Shown here: positions 39,036-47,194 of the stretch, piece by piece
Position numbering within the stretch: the first letter of the stretch is position 1
Layout of the letters: every line of letters begins with the position of its first letter
NCBI GenBank assembly: GCA_963718235.1
Contig: CAVQYR010000002.1
Location: 576,001 to 640,000, forward strand
Length of the DNA stretch: 64,000 nucleotides
Source of the DNA: an uncultured Actinomycetota bacterium
GTDB taxonomy: Bacteria > Actinomycetota > Actinomycetes > JAHEKZ01
Direction: 5' to 3'
Program-made: the position numbers and the translations under genes
Notes under the pieces: generated by a model
What the model was told of the DNA's origin: nothing
Seen by the model: the letters and a program-made list of their open reading frames with translations, nothing else
Database searches by the model: none

Positions 39036-39799
39036 GCCGACCGCTCGCCCCACCGCCCACGCTGCGCGCCACCCTCGATGGCCCCGAACGACAGCTGATC
39101 CAGGCGGTCGTCGGTCCGGCCGACGACGACCTGCTCCGTCCGCTGCGTGATGCCCGCGGGCGGGAGTTCCAGCGGCTGGAGTTCCTGGGCGACTCGGTGC
39201 TCGACCTGGTCCTCGCGGTGCACGCGTGCGCCGAGCCCACGTGCCCGTCGTGTCGACGGGTCGACGGGCACGTCACCCGGCTGGTCACCGACGTGCAGCT
39301 CGGTCGCCGGGCGCGGTCCCGGGGGCTCGGCGACTGGCTGGAGTGGCAGGCCTCCGACGAGCGCCTGGCCGACCTGGTCGAGGCATGCGTCGCGGTGGCG
39401 TTCGTGGCCGGTTCGTGGGCGCGGGCCTGTGCCTGCACCGCTTCCCTCGTCCATCCGCTGGGTCCGGCGACGACCCGGACGCTGGAGCAGGGATGGGTCG
39501 GGCCCGACACCCCCACACCGGTCCGCGCAACGGGCTCGGCGCTGCTCGAGCTCGCTGCCGGACAGACCGTCTTCGTGCAGCACCCTGACGCCGACGAAGG
39601 GGAGCTCTCCCGCCGCCGAGCCGAGCTGCACCAGGCGAGCCGGGTCGCCCATCGTGCCCGGCGGCGCCATCTCGTCGATGAGCACGGTGCCGATGCGGGG
39701 GTGAGCGACCGGGTCGAGGTGCTGCTGGCTGACCGCCTACTGAGCGCCGGCGCCGACGCGGCCCTGCAGGACGCGGTATCCGTCCTCGTCGACGAATGA
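39032..39799 (+). CDS. Protein with two tandem RNase III-like domains and no dsRBD
   Basis: Domain 1: QRLEFLGDSVL...LADLVEA. Domain 2: RATGSALLEL...HPDADEGELSRRRA...VSDRVEV. GTGA overlap with the sbcC stop. Confidence 0.8.
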   Translation: MSRPLAPPPTLRATLDGPERQLIQAVVGPADDDLLRPLRDARGREFQRLEFLGDSVLDLVLAVHACAEPTCPSCRRVDGHVTRLVTDVQLGRRARSRGLGDWLEWQASDERLADLVEACVAVAFVAGSWARACACTASLVHPLGPATTRTLEQGWVGPDTPTPVRATGSALLELAAGQTVFVQHPDADEGELSRRRAELHQASRVAHRARRRHLVDEHGADAGVSDRVEVLLADRLLSAGADAALQDAVSVLVDE

Positions 39800-40042
39800 C
39801 AGGGGAGCGACCAGTGACACCGTGCGGCTCGCCGCGTGCCGTTCTGCCGGGCTTCGCGACGACGTGAGCACCGCAGTCAGGGCTGCAGCGACGACCACGC
39901 CGCTCACGAGAGGCACGATGCCGGGGGCGCCGAGAAGGATGAGCAGCAGTCCGGCCGTCACGCCCGACGTGGCACCGACGAGCACACGCGTCGTCACCGG
40001 ACCCGGGGAAGCGGCCGCGGGGAAGTGCGGCTGTCGAGACAT
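39737..40042 (-). CDS. Small two-TM hypothetical membrane protein
   Basis: Two hydrophobic segments; CACGCT 7 nt before ATG 40042; overlaps the convergent gene by 63 nt. Confidence 0.45.
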   Translation of the reverse strand: MSRQPHFPAAASPGPVTTRVLVGATSGVTAGLLLILLGAPGIVPLVSGVVVAAALTAVLTSSRSPAERHAASRTVSLVAPLSFVDEDGYRVLQGRVGAGAQ

Positions 40043-40126
40043 GGAGGACAGCGTGGCCAAGAACGGGCCCTTTCCGACGTTGCGACACGCAGGTGCCCGT
40101 CCCGCGGGACGTGGCAGGCTGGGGTG

Positions 40127-41023
40127 GTGACCGACCTGATGCGGGACTTGGCAGTCGATGACGGGCGCCGCCTCGACGTCCTCGTCGGGGGTGCTGCCAC
40201 CGGGCCGGTGGTCGTGCTGCACCACGGCACCCCGTCGGACGCGACGTGCTGGGCGGACTGGCACGAGGACGCCGTTCGCCGCGGCGTCCGGATCGTCTCG
40301 GTGAGCCGGCCTGGGTACGCCACCTCCACCCGGCTGCCGGGACGCCACGTGGCCCAGGCCGCCGACGACGTCGCCGCTGTGCTCGACGCGCTCGGCGTCG
40401 ACGAGTACGTGACGGCCGGCTGGTCCGGGGGAGGCCCGCACGCGCTCGCGTGCGCAGCGCTGCACGGCGGTCGCTGCCTGGGGGCCGCGACGCTGGCCGG
40501 TGTAGCGCCGTACGGCGTCCCGGGGCTGGACTTCCTCGACGGAATGGGTCCGGAGAACGTCGCCGAGTTCGGGGCGAGCCTGCGGGGTGAGCCGGACCTG
40601 CGGGCCTGGCTCGCCGAGCACGGGGAGCCCTTCCGGCACGTCACCGGTGCCGAGCTGGCCGACGCCTTCGGGGGGCTCGTGCCCGCCATCGACAAGCAGG
40701 TCCTGCAAGGGGGCTACGCCGACCACATGGCGGCCGAGACGCGCCGGGCACTGAGCGGCGGGTTCGACGGCTGGGTCGACGACGACCTCGCCTTCGTCCG
40801 CCCCTGGGGTTTCGACCTGGACCAGGTCACCGTCCCGGTCACGGTCTGGCAGGGCGATCTCGACCTCATGGTCCCCCCGGCGCACGGAGCCTGGCTGGTC
40901 GACCACGTCCCGGGTGCGCAGGCGCGTAGGCCGAGCGGGCACGGACACATCTCGCTGGTCACCGAGCACCGGGGTGAGATCCTGGACTGGCTGCTGGCCC
41001 AGCCGGCGGCGAAGGCGCGCTGA
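40127..41023 (+). CDS. Alpha/beta fold hydrolase
   Basis: HHGTP, SRPGYATS, GWSGGGPH, WQGDLDLMVP, GHIS. Confidence 0.9.
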   Translation: MTDLMRDLAVDDGRRLDVLVGGAATGPVVVLHHGTPSDATCWADWHEDAVRRGVRIVSVSRPGYATSTRLPGRHVAQAADDVAAVLDALGVDEYVTAGWSGGGPHALACAALHGGRCLGAATLAGVAPYGVPGLDFLDGMGPENVAEFGASLRGEPDLRAWLAEHGEPFRHVTGAELADAFGGLVPAIDKQVLQGGYADHMAAETRRALSGGFDGWVDDDLAFVRPWGFDLDQVTVPVTVWQGDLDLMVPPAHGAWLVDHVPGAQARRPSGHGHISLVTEHRGEILDWLLAQPAAKAR

Positions 41024-41027
41024 GCCG

Positions 41028-41735
41028 GTGAGCGAGCTGGTGTACCCGCCGGTGATGGGGGCGTTGCGCGCGGCGTTCGTCGGGCTCGGGCTGAAGCTGC
41101 AGGTGCACGGCGGCGAGAACGTCCCGCGCGTTGGCGGCGCCGTGCTGGCGAGCAACCACGTGAGCCACCTCGACTTCGTGTTCGTCGGGCTCGGCGGGCG
41201 GCCGTCGAAGCGACTGGTCCGGTTCATGGCCAAGAAGGCGGTGTTCGACCACCCGGTGGCCGGGCCGCTGATGCGCGGCATGAAGCACATCCCGGTCGAC
41301 CGAGAGGCCGGCGCGTCCAGCTACGCCGAGGCGCTGCGGATGCTGCGGGCCGGTGAGGTGATCGGGGTCTTCCCCGAGGCCACCATCAGCCGCAGCTTCC
41401 AGCCCAAGGAGTTCAAGACCGGAGCCGTGCGCCTCGCCAGGGCCACGCGCACGCCGCTGGTCCCCGTGGCCGTGTGGGGCACCCAGCGGTTGTGGACCTA
41501 CGACGAACGGTCCAGCCTGCGGCAGCGCGGGGTGCCGATCGCGGTGTGGGTCGGCGAGCCCGTCGATGCGACCGGCGACCAGCACGAGGCGACCGCTCGG
41601 CTGCGCCACGCGGTGCGTGGTCTGCTCGACCAGGCGCGCGCCGACTACCCCGACGACGGCGCAGGAGCCTGGTGGCAGCCGGCCGACCTCGGTGGTTCCG
41701 CACCCACCCCCGCGACGTTCGGCGACGACGCCTGA
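41028..41735 (+). CDS. Lysophospholipid acyltransferase (PlsC family)
   Basis: NHVSHLD (HxxxxD), FMAK, IPVDR, FPEAT, FKTGA. Confidence 0.92.
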   Translation: MSELVYPPVMGALRAAFVGLGLKLQVHGGENVPRVGGAVLASNHVSHLDFVFVGLGGRPSKRLVRFMAKKAVFDHPVAGPLMRGMKHIPVDREAGASSYAEALRMLRAGEVIGVFPEATISRSFQPKEFKTGAVRLARATRTPLVPVAVWGTQRLWTYDERSSLRQRGVPIAVWVGEPVDATGDQHEATARLRHAVRGLLDQARADYPDDGAGAWWQPADLGGSAPTPATFGDDA

Positions 41736-41756
41736 CCGGCTCGATCCGGACCAGGG

Positions 41757-42212
41757 TCAGCCGGTACCTGCGGCGGCCTGGTCACCGGCCAGGCAGCGGG
41801 CCCACGCGCCGCGAGTCGGCGCATCGAGCACCTCCGGGCGGGTCAGCAGCCAGCGCAGGAGGTGGTCGCCGGGCAGGAACGCGATGCCGAACTCGGTGGA
41901 CTCGCCGTGGCCGCCGTCGACCGGGAGCACCCCCACGCTGTGCGGCCAGACCCGGTCGTGCGTGGCCACCAGGAGCCGGTCGCTGAGCATCCGGGCGGTC
42001 GAGTGGATCGAGCGGATCCGGTCGTCGGGTGTGCTGGGTGTTTCCGCCACCGGGTGCAGGGCGAACAGCCCCCCTGGGCCGAGAGCGACGCAGTAGTCCT
42101 CGTGCTGCTCGACGAACGGCCAGGCCGACCGGGGCAGCTTGCCGACGACCCAGCTCACCAGGTCGTCTGGCCCGTCGACCCAGCGCCGAACCATGCCGCC
42201 GATCATGATCAC
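41757..42212 (-). CDS. Hypothetical protein, possibly degenerate NERD-like
   Basis: VALGPGGLFAL and LLRWLLTRPEVLD resemble actinobacterial NERD proteins (from memory); start uncertain. Confidence 0.55.
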   Translation of the reverse strand: MIMIGGMVRRWVDGPDDLVSWVVGKLPRSAWPFVEQHEDYCVALGPGGLFALHPVAETPSTPDDRIRSIHSTARMLSDRLLVATHDRVWPHSVGVLPVDGGHGESTEFGIAFLPGDHLLRWLLTRPEVLDAPTRGAWARCLAGDQAAAGTG

Positions 42213-42294
42213 CCCGATGTCTCGTCCGTCGTCCGGTTCATCGGCCGGGTGACGGCGGGACTTCAGTGTTCGGCGCGGGCGTAGGTGCCGTGGG

Positions 42295-43254
42295 TCATTC
42301 GTCCGTTTTGCGGCTTTCGGTCATCGGGAGACCCAGGTGCTCGTCCTTGTAGGCGCGGGCGTCCTCCAGCGGCTCCAGGTGCGTGTGCACCTCGGCGTCC
42401 GGGAGTGCCGTGCACACGGCGGACTCGAGGTCCTCGAGCAGGTCGTGACCCTGCTGCACCGACCAGGCCCCGGGGACCAGCACGTGGACCGAGACGAACC
42501 GATGGTGGCCCGACTCCCGGGTCTGCAGGGCGTGGAACTGCACGTCGTCACGGCGGAACCGGTCCAGCACCCCCAGGATGAGGGCGTGGTCCTCGGCGGG
42601 CAGCGCATGGTCCATCAGGCCGGCGGTGGACCTGAGCACGAGCCGGGTGCCCATCACCAGGATGTTGAGCGCCACGACGATGGCGACGACCGGGTCGAGC
42701 CGCTCCCAGCCGGTGACGGCCACGAGGCCGACGGCGACGATCACGCCCACCGACGTCCATACGTCGGTGAGGAGGTGGTGGCCGTCGGCCTCCAGGGTGA
42801 TCGACCGGTGCTGGCGCCCCACGCGCAGCAGCAGCACCCCGACCACGCCGTTGATCACCGTGGCCACGGCCGAGATCGCCAGTCCCAGCCCGACCGACTC
42901 CAGAGGCTTCGGGTTGATCAGCCGCTCGACCGCGCTGGCCATGATCACCGCGGCGGCCACGAAGATCATGAGCCCTTCGATCCACGCCGAGAAGTACTCC
43001 GCCTTGCCGTGTCCGAAGTGGTGGTTGTGGTCCGCCGGCATCGCCGCCACCCGCAGCGCCACCAGCGCGACGACGGCGGCCACCAGGTTCACCACCGACT
43101 CCGCTGCGTCGGACAGCAGACCCACCGACCCGGTGACCACGAAGGCCCCCGTCTTCAGGGTGATCGTGGCCAGGGCCGCCGCGATCGACAGCCAGGCGTA
43201 CTTCGTGAGCGACGGCCGTCCTTCGACGACTGGTGAAGGGCTGGCGTCGGTCAC
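42295..43254 (-). CDS. Cation diffusion facilitator (FieF-like) transporter
   Basis: GSVGLLSDAAES, ADHNHHFGHGKAE, ADGHHLLTD, LDP, HLEP. Confidence 0.94.
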   Translation of the reverse strand: MTDASPSPVVEGRPSLTKYAWLSIAAALATITLKTGAFVVTGSVGLLSDAAESVVNLVAAVVALVALRVAAMPADHNHHFGHGKAEYFSAWIEGLMIFVAAAVIMASAVERLINPKPLESVGLGLAISAVATVINGVVGVLLLRVGRQHRSITLEADGHHLLTDVWTSVGVIVAVGLVAVTGWERLDPVVAIVVALNILVMGTRLVLRSTAGLMDHALPAEDHALILGVLDRFRRDDVQFHALQTRESGHHRFVSVHVLVPGAWSVQQGHDLLEDLESAVCTALPDAEVHTHLEPLEDARAYKDEHLGLPMTESRKTDE

Positions 43255-43303
43255 GCCCCCAGCCTGCCAGGTGCCGGAGCGCAGGGCGGCTGCGTGCGGC
43301 TCG

Positions 43304-44215
43304 TCACGGCTCGCCGAGACGGGCCCGCGACTGGTCGTAGATGCGCTGGAGCACCGGGTCGGGGGAGTGGCCCAGGCGGCGCTGGGACCGGTAGGCCTCC
43401 GCGGCGGCCGTGCGTGCGTCGAGCGCCTGCTCGACCCGCTCGGAGTGGTCGGGGTGGTCGGTGAGCAGGAACGACGGGACAGCCTCGGCGAAGCGGACCA
43501 CGACCTCTGCCGCCCGGGCGGCCCGGGCCGGCTCGGAGACGTGCGGCTCCCGGTAGGGCCACCAGAGGTGGACGGCGTCACCGGCGAGGGTGAGGGCTGC
43601 CCCCTGCGGGACCCGGTCGAGGACGACCGCCATGACATGGGGGGCCAGGACGTCTGCGGCGAACCTCAGGTCGGCAGCGTGCACCGTGTGCTGGGCATCG
43701 AAGTCGACCGACTCGGTCGCCCAGCCGGTACCCGGATCGTCCAGGCCGCGCTCGGACCGGGGGAGCACGGCCATGGCCGGGAGCCAGGCGCCGCTGAGCC
43801 GGGTCAGTGCGCCGGCCCACCGGGGTCGCGCCCCGGCCACGGCGTCGTCGAGGGCTGAGCTGGCCGTGCCCCACGCGCTCTCGATCGCGGCGCCGAGCAG
43901 GTCGCTGACCGGGTCGCCGCCGAGTCCGAACGACCCGGCGCCCGGTTCGTCGGAGGTCGACAGATCGGGGTCACGGGCGGTCACGGCGAGGACGCCGTAG
44001 GCGGGTCGGGCCATAGGCTGGTCAGCCAGACCGCTCCACTGGAGCAGGCGTCCGGAGCCCTTGCCGTCACCGAGGCGCCAGGGGTGCAGGCGGGGGAGGA
44101 CCGACACGGTCCGGTTCATCGCGCCCAGCAGCCACAGCTCGGTGAGCGGGTCGACGGCGTCCCAGGCGCCGTCCCAGCTGGGAGCCGGCTCAGGCGGGGT
44201 CCGGGCGTGGGTCAC
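43304..44215 (-). CDS. Hypothetical protein (DUF3137-like C-terminal segment)
   Basis: ESVDFDAQHTVHAADLRFAADVLAPHVM segment; GTGA coupling to the upstream small gene. Confidence 0.6.
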   Translation of the reverse strand: MTHARTPPEPAPSWDGAWDAVDPLTELWLLGAMNRTVSVLPRLHPWRLGDGKGSGRLLQWSGLADQPMARPAYGVLAVTARDPDLSTSDEPGAGSFGLGGDPVSDLLGAAIESAWGTASSALDDAVAGARPRWAGALTRLSGAWLPAMAVLPRSERGLDDPGTGWATESVDFDAQHTVHAADLRFAADVLAPHVMAVVLDRVPQGAALTLAGDAVHLWWPYREPHVSEPARAARAAEVVVRFAEAVPSFLLTDHPDHSERVEQALDARTAAAEAYRSQRRLGHSPDPVLQRIYDQSRARLGEP

Positions 44216-44556
44216 CCGGAGGTTGTCGGCAGGTCCGAGGGTGCGGCTGAGCGATGACGGGTGGCTGCGTACGACACGGCCCCGGTCACGGCGGCGACGG
44301 TGACTACCGACGGCCAGGCCCCGATCTGCCGGGCCAGCGGGTGCGAGACCACGAACGCGGCGGCGTAGGTTGCGCCCAGCGCCACAGCGGTGGCCGGTCC
44401 GTGACCAAGCCACCAGCGTCGGATGCACCAGGTGCCGCCCGCGAGCAGGACGACTCCGCCGGCCGCGCGGACCTCGGTGACCGCTGCGACGCCGTAGCCG
44501 ACGACCAGCGAACCTGCGGCCACACTCGCCGTCGTCGCTGCTGAGGGAGTGGACAC
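44212..44556 (-). CDS. Small actinobacterial membrane protein
   Basis: Hydrophobic; ends SHPLARQIGAWPSV; starts just after the mmuM stop. Confidence 0.7.
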   Translation of the reverse strand: MSTPSAATTASVAAGSLVVGYGVAAVTEVRAAGGVVLLAGGTWCIRRWWLGHGPATAVALGATYAAAFVVSHPLARQIGAWPSVVTVAAVTGAVSYAATRHRSAAPSDLPTTSG

Positions 44557-44560
44557 GGGC

Positions 44561-45490
44561 TCAGGCCAGCGCGTGGACGGCGGCAGCGACCCGTTCGATG
44601 TCCTGCGGCCCGACTCGACAGCAGCCGCCGACCAGCCGGGCACCGTCGTCGAGCCACTGGGTGACCGCCTCGGGGTCGAGACCACCGCGGCCGACCCAGC
44701 AGCGCTCCTCGGCGTCCCACTGCTCGCCGGAGTTGGGGTAGACGACCACCGCCTTGCCCGACCCCGTGCGCGCAGGGGCGACGGCGGCACCGGCGTCACC
44801 CGGCGTCGAGCAGTTCACCCCGACCGCGACGAGAGCGGGGACGTCGTGGGCCATCGCCCAGACCTCCTTCAGCGGCTCGCCGCTGCGCAGCCTGGCTCCG
44901 TCGACCGACACCGACAGCCACGCCGCGGCGCCGAGCCGGTCGACCTCTTCCAGCAGCGCCTCGACCTCGGCCAGCTGGGGGATCGTCTCCAGAGCGAGCA
45001 CGTCGGCCCCGGCGTCGAGCAGCACCTCGAGCCGTGGGCGGTGGAACGCGCGCAGCGTCTTCACCGGGACCCGGTAGTCGCCGCTGTACTCCTCGCCACC
45101 GGCGAGCATCGCCCCGTACGGGCCGACCGAGCCGGCGACGAACCGGTCCCGGCTGTCGGCTGTGGCGGCCTCCTGCTGCTCGCGGGCCTGCTGGGCCAGC
45201 GCGACGCTTCGGCGCAGCAGCCGGGTGGTCTCGTCGCCGGTCAGCCCGGCCCGGGCGAACCCTTCGTAGGTGGCCTGGTAGCTGGCCGTCGTGGCGACCT
45301 CGGCCCCCGCCGCGAAGAACGTGCGGTGCGCCTCGACGATCGCCTCCGGGTCGTCGCGCAGCAGGCGCGCGGACCACAGGGCGCTGCTCAGGTCGTGTCC
45401 CTGGGACTCCAGCTGCGTGGCCAACCCGCCATCGAGAACCACCGGCCGTTGGGCCATCACGTCAGCCAGGGTTGCGGTTGGATGGCTCAC
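44561..45490 (-). CDS. mmuM: Homocysteine S-methyltransferase
   Basis: LDGGLATQLE, LWSA, TASYQA, GSVGPYGA, ETIP, GVNC and GGCC Zn ligands, YPNSGE. Confidence 0.94.
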   Translation of the reverse strand: MSHPTATLADVMAQRPVVLDGGLATQLESQGHDLSSALWSARLLRDDPEAIVEAHRTFFAAGAEVATTASYQATYEGFARAGLTGDETTRLLRRSVALAQQAREQQEAATADSRDRFVAGSVGPYGAMLAGGEEYSGDYRVPVKTLRAFHRPRLEVLLDAGADVLALETIPQLAEVEALLEEVDRLGAAAWLSVSVDGARLRSGEPLKEVWAMAHDVPALVAVGVNCSTPGDAGAAVAPARTGSGKAVVVYPNSGEQWDAEERCWVGRGGLDPEAVTQWLDDGARLVGGCCRVGPQDIERVAAAVHALA

Positions 45491-45522
45491 GTCGTCGATT
45501 CTTGCACCGACCGGAGGACCCC

Positions 45523-47181
45523 ATGACCGCCCCCGACCTCATCTTCGTCAACGGCCAGGTGTTCGTCGGTGACGGGCGGCCACCTCGGCGGGCCGCGGTT
45601 GCGGTCACCGGGGGTCGGATCAGCGCGGTCGGCAGCGACCAGGAGGTTGGCGACCTCCGCGGGTCGGGGACCACCGTCGTCGACCTCGGTGGCTCACTGC
45701 TCACCCCTGGCTTCCACGACGCGCACATCCATCCGGTCTACGCCGGCGCGCAGATGATCCAGTGCGACCTGCACGGGATCGTCACCCAGGACGAGTCGGT
45801 GGCTGCGGTGGCCGCATTCGCCGCGTCGCACCCGGAGGCGGAGTGGGTGCTGGGCGGGGGCTGGTCGATGGAGGCCTTCCCGGGCGGGCTCCCGACCCGG
45901 CAGATGCTGGACGCCGTCGTCCCCGACCGCCCGGTGTTCCTGCCGAACCGCGACGGCCACGGAGGCTGGGTCAACAGCGAGGCGCTGCGTCGGGCCGGCA
46001 TCACCAAGGACACTGCGGACCCGGCCGACGGGCGGATCGAGCGCGACGCCGACGGTGAGCCGCTCGGCACCCTGCAGGAGGGTGCGATGGCGATGGTCAG
46101 CCACCTCGTCCCGTCGCTGTCGGCCGCTGACTACGACCGGGCCTTCGACGCCGCCCAGGCCTACCTCCTGTCGCTCGGCATCACCGGGTGGCAGGACGCC
46201 ATCGTGGGCGAGGTCAACGGGCGTCCGGACAACCTCGAGGCCTACCTGCGGGCGGACTCCGACGGCCGGCTGAAGGCCCGGGTCGTCGGTGCTCTGTGGT
46301 GGGACCGTGAGCGGGGCGCTGAACAGATCCCGGAGCTGCTCGAGCGGCGGGCGGCGGGGATGGGCCAGCGCTTCCGGGCCACGAGCGTGAAGATCATGCA
46401 GGACGGCGTCGCCGAGAACTTCACCGCCGCGATGATCGAGCCGTACCTCGACACCTGCGGGTGCACGTCGTCCAACGCGGGGATCAGCTTCGTCGAGGCG
46501 AAGGCTCTGAAGTCGTACGTGACCGCGCTGGACGCCGAGGGCTTCCAGGTGCACTTCCACGCCCTGGGGGACCGGGCGGTGCGTGAGGCGCTGGACGCGC
46601 TCGAGGCCGCGAGAGACACCAACGGCCCCAACGACCACCGGCACCACCTGGCCCACATCCAGGTGGTCCACCCCGACGACGTCCCCCGGTTCGCCCGGCT
46701 CGACGCCCTGGCCAACATGCAGCCTCTGTGGGCCGCCCACGAGCCGCAGATGGACGAGCTGACCATCCCGTACCTCGGGGAGCCCCGCTGGCGCCACCAG
46801 TACCCCTTCGGTGACCTCGAGCGGGCCGGGGCCCGACTCGTGGGCGGCAGCGACTGGTCGGTCAGCAGCCCCGACGTGATGTGGGGGTCACACGTCGCGG
46901 TCAACCGGGTCGCACCTCCGGAGGAGGGTGACGAGGGTGGCGAGGTCGACCCGTTCCTGCCGGAGCAGCGGCTGTCGCTGGCGAGCACGTTGACCGCGTA
47001 CACCGCGGGCAGCGCCTTCGCCAACCACCTGGACGACGTCGTCGGCACGATCGAGCCGGGCAAGTGTGCGGACCTCGTCGTGCTCGACGCCGACCCGTTC
47101 GCCGGACCGGCCCTGGACATCCACGCCGCCCGGGTACGCGCGACCTACATCGACGGCGAGCCGGTCTACGTCTCGAGCTGA
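45523..47181 (+). CDS. Amidohydrolase 3 family (YtcJ/NfdA-like)
   Basis: PGFHDAHIH, DGH..WVNS.AL, KIMQDG, HALGD, AHIQ, GSDW, GKCADLVVLD; GGAGG RBS. Confidence 0.92.
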   Translation: MTAPDLIFVNGQVFVGDGRPPRRAAVAVTGGRISAVGSDQEVGDLRGSGTTVVDLGGSLLTPGFHDAHIHPVYAGAQMIQCDLHGIVTQDESVAAVAAFAASHPEAEWVLGGGWSMEAFPGGLPTRQMLDAVVPDRPVFLPNRDGHGGWVNSEALRRAGITKDTADPADGRIERDADGEPLGTLQEGAMAMVSHLVPSLSAADYDRAFDAAQAYLLSLGITGWQDAIVGEVNGRPDNLEAYLRADSDGRLKARVVGALWWDRERGAEQIPELLERRAAGMGQRFRATSVKIMQDGVAENFTAAMIEPYLDTCGCTSSNAGISFVEAKALKSYVTALDAEGFQVHFHALGDRAVREALDALEAARDTNGPNDHRHHLAHIQVVHPDDVPRFARLDALANMQPLWAAHEPQMDELTIPYLGEPRWRHQYPFGDLERAGARLVGGSDWSVSSPDVMWGSHVAVNRVAPPEEGDEGGEVDPFLPEQRLSLASTLTAYTAGSAFANHLDDVVGTIEPGKCADLVVLDADPFAGPALDIHAARVRATYIDGEPVYVSS

Positions 47182-47194
47182 CGCCGAGGCCCCA

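Noticed and set aside
39032-39799. Housekeeping rnc or Mini-III
   Set aside because: No dsRBD, roughly twice Mini-III length with a second RNase III-like repeat, and not in the usual rnc neighbourhood.
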